Assembly (NCBI GenBank): GCA_963762255.1
Contig: CAVXKA010000001.1
Location: 1,659,984 to 1,723,983 of the forward strand
Source of the DNA: Candidatus Eiseniibacteriota bacterium
Lineage (GTDB): Bacteria > Eisenbacteria > RBG-16-71-46 > JABDJR01
Reading direction: 5' to 3'
Length of the DNA stretch: 64,000 bases
Notes under the pieces: model-generated
The model's input: the letters and a program-made list of their open reading frames with translations, nothing else
Told to the model about the DNA's origin: nothing
Databases searched by the model: none
Shown here: piece by piece, positions 1 through 9,728 of the stretch
Numbering within the stretch: position 1 is the stretch's first letter
How the letters are laid out: each line of letters starts with the position of its first letter
Made by a program: the position numbers and the translations under genes

Positions 1-1317
1 GGGGGAAGTCGCGTCGTGACCGACTCGCGCGCCGACGTGACCGGGGCGCTCTTCGTTGCGCTGGCCGGGGAGCGATTCGACGGCCATGACTTCGTCGAGG
101 ACGTCCTCGCACGCGGCGCGACGGGTGCGGTGGTTTCGGCTTCATGGTGGGGAACGCGGGGAAGCGGGCGGTTCACGAACCTCTTCGTGGTGCCCGACAC
201 GTTGCTGGCCCTGCACGCGCTCGCCCTCGCCCATCGCGCCCGGTTCACGCTTCCGGTGGCCGCGGTCACCGGCTCCAACGGCAAGACATCGACCAAGGAA
301 CTCCTGGCCGCCGCGTTGTCCCCCCTGGGCTCCGTGCTCAAGACGCAGGGGAACCTCAACAACCACATCGGCGTGCCTCTCACGCTGCTCGGCCTGCGAG
401 CGGAGCACCGAGCCGCTGCGGTGGAAATGGGCCTCAACCACCCCGGTGAACTGCGCACCCTCTCCGCGCTCGCCCGGCCGCGCGCGGCGATCATCACCAA
501 CGTCCAGGCCGCGCATCTCGAGGGGCTGGGCACCCTCGATGGGGTCGCGCGCGCCAAAGCGGAGATTGTGGAAGGGTTCGAACCCGGCGGCGTTCTCGTG
601 CTTCCCCACGGCCACGCGAGCCTCGACACTGCGCTGGCCGCGTATCGGGGACGCCGCCTCACCTTCGGTCTCGCGTCCGACGCCGACATTCACCCCGTTC
701 ACGTAGACGACCGCGGTCTCGACGGCGTGGCGGTCGTGCTGCCCGGCGGCGCGCGCGTGGAGACCGCGCTGGCGGGACGGCACGTCGTGCTGAACCTTCT
801 CGCCGCGCTGGCCGCCGCGCAGGTTCTCGGCGTGTCACCCGCCGAGGCCGCTCCCGCCATCGCCGGCGTCAAGGCGGTGAAGGGGCGCCTCTGCCCGCGC
901 CGCGCCGGAGGCGTCGTCGTGCTCGACGACAGCTACAACGCCAACCCCGCAAGCCTGGCCGCCGCCCTCGACACGTTGCGCAGCGCGCGAATCGACGGGC
1001 GACGCTGGGCAATCCTCGGCACCATGCGGGAGCTGGGCCCCGAGGAGGCGGCGCTCCACCGCGAGGCGGGCGCGGGCGCGGCTTTCGTGGACGGCCTCGT
1101 CGTGGTGGGCGAACTCGGGCGCGCTTTGGGCAAAGGCGCGGTGGCGGCGGGTCTCGATCGCGCGCGCGTACGCGAGGCCGCGGACGGCGCCCGGGCCGCG
1201 GCGATGCTCCTGCCCGACCTCCGCCCGGGGGACGCGGTGCTGGTGAAGGCGAGCCGGACCACCCGGCTCGATACCGCGGTGGAGGCCCTGATCGCGGGGC
1301 TCGGGGGAGAGGGCTGA
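1..1317 (+). CDS. murF: UDP-N-acetylmuramoyl-tripeptide--D-alanyl-D-alanine ligase (5'-truncated by window edge)
   Basis: TDSR...LFVALAGERFDGHDF, TGSNGKTSTKE, GNLNNHIGVPLT, DDSYNANP, VLVKASR motifs; frame open from base 1; stop overlaps mraY start. Confidence 0.96.
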   Translation, partial: GGSRVVTDSRADVTGALFVALAGERFDGHDFVEDVLARGATGAVVSASWWGTRGSGRFTNLFVVPDTLLALHALALAHRARFTLPVAAVTGSNGKTSTKELLAAALSPLGSVLKTQGNLNNHIGVPLTLLGLRAEHRAAAVEMGLNHPGELRTLSALARPRAAIITNVQAAHLEGLGTLDGVARAKAEIVEGFEPGGVLVLPHGHASLDTALAAYRGRRLTFGLASDADIHPVHVDDRGLDGVAVVLPGGARVETALAGRHVVLNLLAALAAAQVLGVSPAEAAPAIAGVKAVKGRLCPRRAGGVVVLDDSYNANPASLAAALDTLRSARIDGRRWAILGTMRELGPEEAALHREAGAGAAFVDGLVVVGELGRALGKGAVAAGLDRARVREAADGARAAAMLLPDLRPGDAVLVKASRTTRLDTAVEALIAGLGGEG

Positions 1318-2405
1318 TGCTCTATCATCTCCTCTACCCGCTCAGCGATATTTTCTCACCACTCAACGTTTTTAGATATATCACGTTCCGGGCCGCCTAC
1401 GCCACGATCACCGCGCTCCTCCTCTGCTTCATCTTCGGCCCCGCTCTGGTGCGCCGCCTGCGTCAGTTCAAAGTCCGCCAGATCATCCGCCAGGACGGCC
1501 CCGCGACCCACCTCACGAAGTCGGGAACGCCGACCATGGGCGGGCTCCTCATCGTGGCCGCCACCGTCCTGCCGACCCTGCTCTGGGCCTCGCTCCTCAA
1601 CCGCTACGTTCTCCTCGCGGTGGGAGTGACGCTGGTGATGGGCGGACTCGGGTTCCTCGACGACTACCTGCACGTGGTGCGGCGCGCGCCGAAGGGGCTT
1701 CTCGGGCGCTACAAGCTGGTCGTGCAGTTCGGCGTGGGGCTCGCCGTGGGCACGATTCTCTACCTCTACCCCGTCGAACCGAGGTTCGCCACCGCCACCA
1801 CGGTGCCCTTCCTCAAGACTCCCGGGCTCTGGGATCTTGGCCTCTTCTACATCCCGTTCGTGGCCCTGGTCATCACCGCGACCTCGAACTCGGTGAACCT
1901 CACCGACGGCCTCGACGGTCTCGCCGCCGGCTTGGCCGCGCTGGCCGCCGCCGCCTTTGCCGGACTCGCCTACGTCAGCGGCAACGTGAAGATAGCCGGC
2001 TACCTCAACATTCCCTACATCCCGGGGGGCGGCGAGCTGGCCATCTTCTGCACCGCGCTCTTCGGGGCCACCCTCGGGTTTCTATGGTTCAACAACCACC
2101 CCGCGGATGTCTTCATGGGGGACACCGGGTCGTTGGCCATCGGGGGCGCGCTCGGCACGGCGGCGGTGATGCTGAAGAAAGAGATCCTGCTCTGTCTCAT
2201 CGGCGGGATCTTCGTGGTGGAGGCGCTCTCGGTCATCATCCAGGTCGCTTCGTTCAAACTCCGGCACAAGCGCGTCTTTCGAATGGCGCCGATTCACCAC
2301 CACTTCGAGCTGAAGGGGTGGCCGGAGTCCCGGGTCGTGGTTCGCTTCTGGATCGTGGGCGTGCTGCTCGTGCTGTTGAGCCTGAGCACGCTGAAGCTGC
2401 AATGA
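1317..2405 (+). CDS. mraY: phospho-N-acetylmuramoyl-pentapeptide transferase
   Basis: KSGTPTMGG, GFLDD, NSVNLTDGLDGL, VFMGDTGSL, FRMAPIHHHFE; multi-TM; dcw context. Confidence 0.98.
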   Translation: MLYHLLYPLSDIFSPLNVFRYITFRAAYATITALLLCFIFGPALVRRLRQFKVRQIIRQDGPATHLTKSGTPTMGGLLIVAATVLPTLLWASLLNRYVLLAVGVTLVMGGLGFLDDYLHVVRRAPKGLLGRYKLVVQFGVGLAVGTILYLYPVEPRFATATTVPFLKTPGLWDLGLFYIPFVALVITATSNSVNLTDGLDGLAAGLAALAAAAFAGLAYVSGNVKIAGYLNIPYIPGGGELAIFCTALFGATLGFLWFNNHPADVFMGDTGSLAIGGALGTAAVMLKKEILLCLIGGIFVVEALSVIIQVASFKLRHKRVFRMAPIHHHFELKGWPESRVVVRFWIVGVLLVLLSLSTLKLQ

Positions 2406-3826
2406 CGGTGGAAGGAGAGAGGATCGCGGTGGCGGAGAAGACGTTCCACATCGGCTCCTGGCGCGGCCGGCGCGTAGCCGTGCTCGGCATGGCGCGCAGC
2501 GGCCGGGCGGTGGCGCGGCTGTTGGCGCGCCATGAGGCGAGGGTCCGCGTGAGCGATCTCAAGAGCGCGGCGGAGCTCGGGATCGACACCGCCGCGTGGG
2601 AGCGCGACGGCGTGGAGCTGCGCCTCGGCGGATTCACCGCCGACGCGTTCGACGGCATCGAAATCGCGGTGGTCAGTCCCGGCATCCCCAAGACCGCCCC
2701 CGTCCTCGTCGAGGCGCGACGCCGGGGAATCCCGCTCCTCTCGGAACTCGACGTGGCCGCGCAATTCGCCGCCGCTCCCATCGCTGCCGTCACCGGCACC
2801 AACGGCAAGAGCACGACGGTGACGGTACTCGGCCAGCTCGTGGGCGCGCTCGGCCTGCCGAACGCGGTGGCCGGAAACGTGGGCACGGCTCTGAGCGAGG
2901 TCGTGGAAGAGATTCCCGCCCACGGTGTCCTCGTGGTCGAAGTGAGTTCCTACCAACTCGAGGACGTGAAGACCTTTCACGCGCGCGCGGCGGCGGTCCT
3001 GAACCTCACCCCCGACCACCTCGACCGCTACGCCTCGTTGGACGCCTACCTGCAAACCAAACTGCGCATCTTCGAGCGGCAGACCGCCGAGGATGCCGCC
3101 GTACTCCCCGCCTCTGATCTGCGCCTCGATCCGGTGGCGCCCGCCCTCCGCGCGCGCCTTTTCCGATTCGGGGTCGGGAGCGGGGGCGGGGACGGTGTTT
3201 ACGTCTCGCGCGATCGGCTGTGGCACCGGCGCGACGGCCATGAGCGCGAGATCCTGCCTCTGGCGGAGTTGTCCCTGCCGGGCCCGCACAACCACGCCAA
3301 CGTGGCCGCGGCGCTCTGCCTGCTCGAGGGGATGGGTCTGGACCCGCTCGATCCGCGCGTTCTCGCCTCCCTGCGCACCCTGAAGGGGCTGGCCCATCGC
3401 ATCGAGCCGGTGGGCGAGGTGGACGGCGTGGCCTTCTTCAACGACTCGAAAGCCACCAATCCGGAGTCGTTGGAAGTGGCGCTGCACTCCTTCACCGCGC
3501 CGGTGGTGCTGATCGCCGGCGGGCGGGCGAAGAAGAGCGACTACGCCCGACTCGCGCCGCTCCTGGCGGAGCGTGTGGCGGAAATCGTTCTGATCGGCGA
3601 GGCGTCGCCGCTCCTGGCGGAGGCCTGGGCGACGGCGGGGATACCGATCCACCCTGCCGGGACCGATTTCGAAGCGGCGGTGCGGTTGGCCTTGGATCTG
3701 GCGCGCGCCGGCGGCAGGCCGGTGCTGCTCTCGCCGGGGTGCGCGTCGTTCGACATGTTTCGCGACTACGAGGACCGCGGAGACCGCTTTCGCGCGCTCG
3801 TCACGCAATGGAAGGGGCGGGCATGA
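2402..3826 (+). CDS. murD: UDP-N-acetylmuramoyl-L-alanine--D-glutamate ligase
   Basis: VLGMARSG, VSPGIP, TGTNGKSTT, EVSSYQL, NLTPDHLDRY, NDSKATN, LLSPGCASFDMF; ATG at 2402 overlaps mraY stop (ATGA). Confidence 0.97.
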   Translation: MTVEGERIAVAEKTFHIGSWRGRRVAVLGMARSGRAVARLLARHEARVRVSDLKSAAELGIDTAAWERDGVELRLGGFTADAFDGIEIAVVSPGIPKTAPVLVEARRRGIPLLSELDVAAQFAAAPIAAVTGTNGKSTTVTVLGQLVGALGLPNAVAGNVGTALSEVVEEIPAHGVLVVEVSSYQLEDVKTFHARAAAVLNLTPDHLDRYASLDAYLQTKLRIFERQTAEDAAVLPASDLRLDPVAPALRARLFRFGVGSGGGDGVYVSRDRLWHRRDGHEREILPLAELSLPGPHNHANVAAALCLLEGMGLDPLDPRVLASLRTLKGLAHRIEPVGEVDGVAFFNDSKATNPESLEVALHSFTAPVVLIAGGRAKKSDYARLAPLLAERVAEIVLIGEASPLLAEAWATAGIPIHPAGTDFEAAVRLALDLARAGGRPVLLSPGCASFDMFRDYEDRGDRFRALVTQWKGRA

Positions 3827-5022
3827 TCGACTGGCGGGCTTCTCTGCGGCGGGCGGCGGCGACGATGCGGGTGGATCTGGCGTTCCCGGCCCGGCTTCCC
3901 GAGGAAATGACGGCCCTTCGGTGGGATCGCGGCATCTTGATCGGCACCTTCGGGCTCCTCTTCGTGGGGCTCCTCATGGTCTATTCGGCCACCTCAGCCT
4001 CCCCGTCTCGGCCGGCCGGCCATTTCCTGAGCCAGCTCCTGCGGGTGATTTTCGGAATCGTGGCCTTCGCATGGGCCTATCGGATCGACTATCATCAGTG
4101 GGGTCGGCGGGCCCCCATGCTGTTTCTGGGGGGCCTCGTCATGCTGGCTCTGGTGTGGGTTCCCGGTCTGGGGCACTCCGCCGGCGGAGCCCGCCGCTGG
4201 ATCACCATCGCGGGCGTCACTCTTCAGCCCTCAGAGTTCGCGCGATTGGGCCTGATCATTTATCTGGCCTACCTGCTGTCGAAACCGAAGGCTCGTCTGG
4301 AGCGATTCACCACCGGCATCGCGCCCTGCCTGGTTGCGGTGGGCCTGATCGCCGGCACGGTTCTGGCGCAGCCGCATCTCAGCATGACGTTGGCGCTGGC
4401 CGCCGTGGCCGCACTGATGCTGTTGGCGGGGCGCATTCCGATGCGACACCTCGCGGTGTCGGGCGCAGCGGTTCTCCTGGTCCTGCCGCTCAAGGTGCAT
4501 GGATACCAGCTCGAGCGGTTCTGGCGATGGTTGGACTACTTGCTGCACGGAGGCCAGCGACTGACCGGCAACTATCAGTTGGATCAGTCCATCCTGGCCA
4601 TCGGATCGGGCGGCTGGCACGGCCGAGGCTTCGGCGGCAGCAGGCAGAAGTGGTCGTTCCTGCCGGAGATGCACAACGACTTTATTTTCGCCATCGTGGG
4701 AGAAGAGCTTGGACTCATTGGAGCGGTCGTTCTCATCGCGTTGTTAGGGGTGCTTCTGTGGCGGGCTCATGACGCTGCCCGCCGCGCGCCCGACCGCTTC
4801 GGATCATTGCTCGCGACCGGCATAGGCGCCGGGATCGCGGTGTACGCCGGCATCAACATGCTTGTGGCGACGGGGCTGTTCCCCTGCACGGGGCTCCCGT
4901 TGCCGCTGGTTTCGTATGGCGGCACGGCCGTGTTCGTCACGCTCTTCTCTCTTGGGATTCTGGGAAATATATCCTCCCAGGGCGATTCGTCGTTCCTGGT
5001 AGGCATTGGAGAACAAGAGTAG
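3823..5022 (+). CDS. ftsW: SEDS peptidoglycan polymerase FtsW
   Basis: GARRWI, LQPSEF, FLPEMHNDFIFAIVGEELG, TGLPLPLVSYGG; lies between murD and murG; ATGA overlap with murD stop. Confidence 0.93.
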   Translation: MIDWRASLRRAAATMRVDLAFPARLPEEMTALRWDRGILIGTFGLLFVGLLMVYSATSASPSRPAGHFLSQLLRVIFGIVAFAWAYRIDYHQWGRRAPMLFLGGLVMLALVWVPGLGHSAGGARRWITIAGVTLQPSEFARLGLIIYLAYLLSKPKARLERFTTGIAPCLVAVGLIAGTVLAQPHLSMTLALAAVAALMLLAGRIPMRHLAVSGAAVLLVLPLKVHGYQLERFWRWLDYLLHGGQRLTGNYQLDQSILAIGSGGWHGRGFGGSRQKWSFLPEMHNDFIFAIVGEELGLIGAVVLIALLGVLLWRAHDAARRAPDRFGSLLATGIGAGIAVYAGINMLVATGLFPCTGLPLPLVSYGGTAVFVTLFSLGILGNISSQGDSSFLVGIGEQE

Positions 5023-7416
5023 ATGAGCGACGACAGGGTTCCACCCAACAAGAACGAAGAGCCCGCCGCGGGGAGTCCCGCGGCCGGGGAGTCCAGATCT
5101 GCATCGCGCCGCCGTCGGCGCGCCCGCCGAGGCTACGAAGGTCGCCCGGAATGGGGCGATACCCAGCGACCGCCCGAGCCCTCCGCGGACATGAGCGGGG
5201 ACCGCGAGGATCGTCCGCGCCCGCCCGCGCAGCCGCCGCGGTCCCTCGCGGAAGCCGATCGCGAGGCCGCGCCCCGCGAACGCGAACCGCAGCGGCCGGA
5301 GCGTGAAGAGCCCTCCTTCGAGCGCGAAGCGCCGGTCTTCGAGCGGGAGACGCGCTCGTTCGAGCGCGAAGCGCCGCGAGAGGAGCGGGAGATCCGCACC
5401 TTCGAGCGCGAGGCGCCCCGCTACGAACGTGAGGCGCGGCCAGAGGTGCCTCTCGACGCCGACGATCATGAGCGCCAGACATCCGATTTCACCGGCGAGC
5501 CGGTGCCCCGCAGCCTGGAGGGTCCCAGCGCCGAACGGCCGGAGGTAGCTCGCGACGCCGACGATCGAGAGCGCCGCCGCCGTCGTGGCCGCCGCCGCGG
5601 TCGCGGGCGCAGCGGGCAGATGGTCTTGGGGGAATCCGCCGAGGCGCCCCCGCCGATCGAGATGGCGGGCCCGGTCGATGAACTTCCGGCGCCTCCCCCG
5701 ATGCCCGCCCCGCCGTTGGAGAGCAACGAACGTATCGTGATTTCCCCGCGCCCGGCGCCCCGCGGTCTCCGCGAGCGCGAAGGCAGGCGCGGTGAGGGTT
5801 CCGGCGATCGACAGCGATCCCAGCGCGGACGCGGGGATCGCGAGGAAGGGCGGCGGCCGTCTTCCCGCGGCGAACGCGGCGATCGTCCCGACCGCGGAGA
5901 ACGTCTCGACCGTGGCGACCGTCCCGACCGCGGAGAACGCCCGGAAGTCGGCGAGCGCAGCGAGCGCCTGGAGCGGGGGCCGCGTCCCGAACGCGGCGAT
6001 CGTCCCGAACGCGGCGACCGTCTCGAGCGCGGCGATCATCCCGAACGGGGACCGTCGCGGGATGCGATGCGCGGTCGGGGCCGAGGCGAAGGGCGCCCCG
6101 AGAGCCGCAGCTCCGCCCAAGAGGGACGCGGCGGCGGCATGCGCCAGGGCGGTGGGCCGGCGCGACGCGGCATGCGCGACATACGCGAGCGTCCGCAGCC
6201 TCTCAAACCGACCGCGGAGTTGACGCTTCCTCAGCAGCCCGTCCGAGTGATGATCGCGGGCGGGGGCACCGGAGGACATGTCGTCCCCGCGCTCGCTATC
6301 GGCGAGGCCCTCAAGGCGCGCCACGCGGAGACCGAACTCCTTTTCCTCGGCAGCAATCGCGGCATCGAACAGGACGTGATCGGAGCGGCCGGGTTCCGCC
6401 TGGAGGAATTCGCCCTCCACGGCCTTCCCCGCCGGCCCACTCTGGGCTCGTTCAGAGCGGCGCTGGGCATGTTCAAGGCCTACCGCCGTATCCGCCGGCT
6501 CATCGCCGAGTTCAAGCCGGGGGTGATGGTCGGCACCGGCGGCTATGTCACCGTTCCCGCGGTGCTCGCGGCATGGCGGGCCAAGGTTCCGATCGTCTTG
6601 CAGGAGCAGAACAGCGTGCCCGGGCGGGCCAACCGATTCCTCTCGCGGTTCGCCTCCGAGGTGCACATCCACTTCGCGGAGGCTCGCCGCCATTTCAAGG
6701 ACCGCGGCAAGCTGCGCCTCTCCGGCAACCCCGTGCGGATCCGCATGTCCGAGGGGGGGGCTCTGCGCACGTTGCACCGGCTGCGTCTCTATCCGGGACG
6801 AAGCACGGTGGTGTTCCTCGGCGGCTCGCAGGGCGCTCACAGTCTCAACAAGGCCTTCCTGGATTCCCTCAACCACTTCCGCGGCGATCGCGGCGTGCAG
6901 TTCGTGATCCAGACCGGCACGGAGGACTACAAGGACGTTCTCGAGGCGGTGCGCGTCTCCGGAGTGCGTGTCGTGGCGCGGCCCTTCTTCAACCACATCG
7001 AGGATATCTACGGCGTCGCTCACCTCGTGGTGGCGCGGGCAGGGGCGATGACCCTCTCCGAGATCGCGGTGTGCGGGCTGCCGTCGATTCTCGTGCCCTA
7101 TCCGCACGCGATGGACGACCACCAGACCGTCAACGCGCGCGCCCTGGCCGACAAGGGAGCGGCGGTGCTTCTCCCCGACCGCGAACTCACGGGTGAGCGG
7201 CTGGCCGCGGAGATCAACGGACTCCTCGCCGACCGCAAGCGCATGCGCACGATGGCCCAGAACGTGTTCATCCTGAGCCGCCCCGATTCGGCGCGGCGCA
7301 TAGCGGAGGCGATCGAACGCCTCGGCGGCGGCGCCCCCCAATCGATGCTCCACCTTCCCGAGGACTACGACAGCGAGGAAGCGCGGACCCCGACCGGGGT
7401 GGGAGGGGACGCCTAG
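5023..7416 (+). CDS. murG: MurG glycosyltransferase with ~405-aa N-terminal Arg/Glu/Gly/Pro-rich low-complexity extension
   Basis: MurG domain from ~6238 (MIAGGGTGGHV, GTGGYV, QEQNSVPGRAN, GGSQGA, ARAGAMT, PYPHAMDDHQ); upstream 1.2 kb is in frame without stops and begins directly after the ftsW stop (TAGATG). Confidence 0.93.
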   Translation: MSDDRVPPNKNEEPAAGSPAAGESRSASRRRRRARRGYEGRPEWGDTQRPPEPSADMSGDREDRPRPPAQPPRSLAEADREAAPREREPQRPEREEPSFEREAPVFERETRSFEREAPREEREIRTFEREAPRYEREARPEVPLDADDHERQTSDFTGEPVPRSLEGPSAERPEVARDADDRERRRRRGRRRGRGRSGQMVLGESAEAPPPIEMAGPVDELPAPPPMPAPPLESNERIVISPRPAPRGLREREGRRGEGSGDRQRSQRGRGDREEGRRPSSRGERGDRPDRGERLDRGDRPDRGERPEVGERSERLERGPRPERGDRPERGDRLERGDHPERGPSRDAMRGRGRGEGRPESRSSAQEGRGGGMRQGGGPARRGMRDIRERPQPLKPTAELTLPQQPVRVMIAGGGTGGHVVPALAIGEALKARHAETELLFLGSNRGIEQDVIGAAGFRLEEFALHGLPRRPTLGSFRAALGMFKAYRRIRRLIAEFKPGVMVGTGGYVTVPAVLAAWRAKVPIVLQEQNSVPGRANRFLSRFASEVHIHFAEARRHFKDRGKLRLSGNPVRIRMSEGGALRTLHRLRLYPGRSTVVFLGGSQGAHSLNKAFLDSLNHFRGDRGVQFVIQTGTEDYKDVLEAVRVSGVRVVARPFFNHIEDIYGVAHLVVARAGAMTLSEIAVCGLPSILVPYPHAMDDHQTVNARALADKGAAVLLPDRELTGERLAAEINGLLADRKRMRTMAQNVFILSRPDSARRIAEAIERLGGGAPQSMLHLPEDYDSEEARTPTGVGGDA
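5299..5445 (+). repeat. ~7-aa (21-nt) degenerate tandem repeat FEREAP/xEREx in the MurG extension
   Basis: EREEPSFEREAPVFERETRSFEREAPREEREIRTFEREAPRYEREARP in translation. Confidence 0.8.
5869..6054 (+). repeat. ~6-aa (18-nt) degenerate tandem repeat (E/D)RG(D/E)RP in the MurG extension
   Basis: ERGDRPDRGERLDRGDRPDRGERPE...PERGDRPERGDRLERGDHPERG in translation; repeated cgcggcgatcgtccc/gaccgcggagaacg in DNA. Confidence 0.85.
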
Positions 7417-8814
7417 GTGTACGGGAAGATCGGCCGCATCCATATGATCGGGATCGGCGGCTCCGGGATGAGCGGCATCGCCGAGGTCTTGCTCAACCTG
7501 GGCTACGAGGTGAGCGGATCCGACCTGGCCCGCACCCCGGTCACCGACCGGCTCGTGCGGCTGGGGGCGAAGATCGCCGAAGGACACCGCGCGGAGTTGG
7601 TGCGAAACGCTTCGGTCGTGGTGGCATCCACCGCGGTGCGCGACACGAACCCCGAGGTCGCGGAAGCCCGTCGTCTGGGCATTCCGGTCATCGCGCGGGC
7701 GGAGATGCTGGCAGAACTCATGCGGGTCAAGCACGGCATCGCGGTGGCGGGGGCCCATGGGAAGACAACCACGACCTCCATGATCGCTTCGGTGCTGGCC
7801 GGCGGCGGCATGGACCCCACCGTGGTCGTGGGGGGGCGGCTGCGCGCCATCGGCGGCAATGCCCGGCTCGGGGCGGGGGACTTCCTGGTCGCGGAGGCCG
7901 ACGAGAGCGACGGTTCGTTCCTGAAGCTCAACCCGTCCATCGCGATCATCACCAACGTGGACCGCGAGCACCTGGATCATTGGAAAGGCGGATTGCCCGA
8001 GATCCAGGACGCCTTCGTGGAGTTCGCCAACAAGGTGCCGTTCTACGGCTTGATCGTGGCCTGCAAGGAAGACGCGCGGGTGCGCGAGATTCTCCCCCGG
8101 TTCACCCGGCGCATCGTGACCTATGGTGTGACAGAGGTCCTCGACTACCGGGCGGCCGACGTGCAGGCCCACGACGACTTTACGACCTCCTTCGATGTCT
8201 TCGAGCGCGGTTTCCTCCTCGGTCGGGCGCGCATCCGCGTCCCCGGCCGGCACAACGCGCTCAACGCCCTGGCGGCGGTGGCGGTGGGGCGTGAACTGGA
8301 CATGAAGGCCGGCACGGTGCTCCAGGCGCTCGAGACCTTCGAGGGCGTGGGCCGGCGTTTCGAGGTGAAGGGGGAGGAAGCGGGCGTGCTGGTGGTGGAC
8401 GACTACGGCCACCACCCGAGCGAGATCGTCGCCGTCCTCGGCGCGGCCAAGGAACATGGACGCCGCCGCGTGGTGGCGCTCTTCCAACCGCATCGCTACA
8501 CGCGGACCCGCGATCTCCTCCCGGAGTTCGCCCGAGCCTTCGGCGATGCCGACCTCGTTTTCATCGCTCCCCTCTACGCTGCCGGCGAGGACCCGATCGA
8601 GGGAGTAAGCGCCAAGAGCGTGGCCGACGCGATCTCGGCGGCCGGCCATCCCGCCTGCCATCTCGTCTCCGATCTGGCCGAGATGGCGTCGGTGGTCCGG
8701 CCCCATCTCACGACTCGTGATGTGGTGATCACCCTTGGCGCGGGGAGCATTCACAAGGTGGGCGAGGCACTCCTTGCCGAGCTGGCCAATCTCGGTGTTG
8801 GAGCCCCGGCATGA
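7417..8814 (+). CDS. murC: UDP-N-acetylmuramate--L-alanine ligase
   Basis: IHMIGIGGSGMSG, AGAHGKTTTTS, EADESDGSF, DDYGHHPSE, FQPHRYTRT; GTG start abuts murG stop. Confidence 0.97.
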   Translation: MYGKIGRIHMIGIGGSGMSGIAEVLLNLGYEVSGSDLARTPVTDRLVRLGAKIAEGHRAELVRNASVVVASTAVRDTNPEVAEARRLGIPVIARAEMLAELMRVKHGIAVAGAHGKTTTTSMIASVLAGGGMDPTVVVGGRLRAIGGNARLGAGDFLVAEADESDGSFLKLNPSIAIITNVDREHLDHWKGGLPEIQDAFVEFANKVPFYGLIVACKEDARVREILPRFTRRIVTYGVTEVLDYRAADVQAHDDFTTSFDVFERGFLLGRARIRVPGRHNALNALAAVAVGRELDMKAGTVLQALETFEGVGRRFEVKGEEAGVLVVDDYGHHPSEIVAVLGAAKEHGRRRVVALFQPHRYTRTRDLLPEFARAFGDADLVFIAPLYAAGEDPIEGVSAKSVADAISAAGHPACHLVSDLAEMASVVRPHLTTRDVVITLGAGSIHKVGEALLAELANLGVGAPA

Positions 8815-9728
8815 TCGTCCGCGACGCTCCCTACTCGGGCTTCGGCGACCAGGACGCACGCCGCGCGCTCGCGCGGCGCCGCCGGCGTCGCCGGCTGCGC
8901 CTCGGGCTGGCCTGGGCGGTGGTGGGGCTCGTCCTCGCCGGCGCGTGCTTCGGGCTCGCGGTGGGAGGACGCTTCGGCCTCGAATATGTCCGCGCCCACA
9001 CGCGCTGGCTCGAGGTGACGCAAGTGGATGTCGACCCCACCCCCTGCGTGCCGCCGTGGGAGGTGGTGGATCTCGCCGGAATCATGCCGGGGGACGACTT
9101 CCTCGACGTGAACCCGGACACCGTGGCGGCCCGCATCGTCCGCCACCCGCGGATCGGTACCGCCCGCGTCGACAAGAACCTGTGGCGCCGCTCGGTCCTG
9201 ATCCAGATCTCGGAGAAGCTCCCGGTCGCGATCTGGCTGGAAGGAGGGCTGGTGGAGGTCGCCGCCGACGGCACGCTCTTGGGGCCGCCGCCGACCCGCG
9301 AAGACAGCCGCTCCTGGCCGCCGCGATCCGACAGCGCCCGCCTCACTCGCGGGCTCGGTCTGCCCCTCCTCACCGGGGTGGACTCGCTCCTCGCGACATG
9401 GGGAACCCTGCGCGAGCCGGCAGCCGTCCAGGCGCTCCAGTTCCTGCAGCGCATCGAGACCTACGGCCAGCCGGGTCAGGGCTGGATCAGCGAGGTCCAC
9501 GCGGCCGAACCGGAGAGTCTGGTCGCCGTCACCTTGACCGGCGTCTCGGTGAAGATCGGTGACGGGCGGCTCGGTCGCCGCAGCGTGGAGGCCTTGCGCA
9601 CGGTCATCGACGAGGTGCGCAGCGAGGGAAACGCGGTGCAGTATCTGGACGCCCGCTTCCGCAACCAGGTCGTACTCAAGGGCGTCGAGAGCTCCAACGG
9701 AAAAGAAGGGAAGGGTCCCGATGCGTAG
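8811..9728 (+). CDS. ftsQ: cell division protein FtsQ/DivIB
   Basis: Basic N-terminus, one TM helix, POTRA-like segment, C-terminal YLDARFRNQVVLK; lies before ftsA. Confidence 0.85.
   Translation: MIVRDAPYSGFGDQDARRALARRRRRRRLRLGLAWAVVGLVLAGACFGLAVGGRFGLEYVRAHTRWLEVTQVDVDPTPCVPPWEVVDLAGIMPGDDFLDVNPDTVAARIVRHPRIGTARVDKNLWRRSVLIQISEKLPVAIWLEGGLVEVAADGTLLGPPPTREDSRSWPPRSDSARLTRGLGLPLLTGVDSLLATWGTLREPAAVQALQFLQRIETYGQPGQGWISEVHAAEPESLVAVTLTGVSVKIGDGRLGRRSVEALRTVIDEVRSEGNAVQYLDARFRNQVVLKGVESSNGKEGKGPDA

Noticed and set aside
3823-5022. Slightly lower GC of ftsW as a sign of horizontal transfer
   Set aside because: Consistent with hydrophobic-residue codons, and the gene is in its normal dcw position with coupled start and stop
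4804-8859. Very long antisense ORFs (1351 aa here; also 10778-13624, 30529-32550, 33000-35351, 45174-47213 and others)
   Set aside because: They are shadows of well-supported genes on the opposite strand, expected in ~70% GC DNA, and show no recognisable motifs
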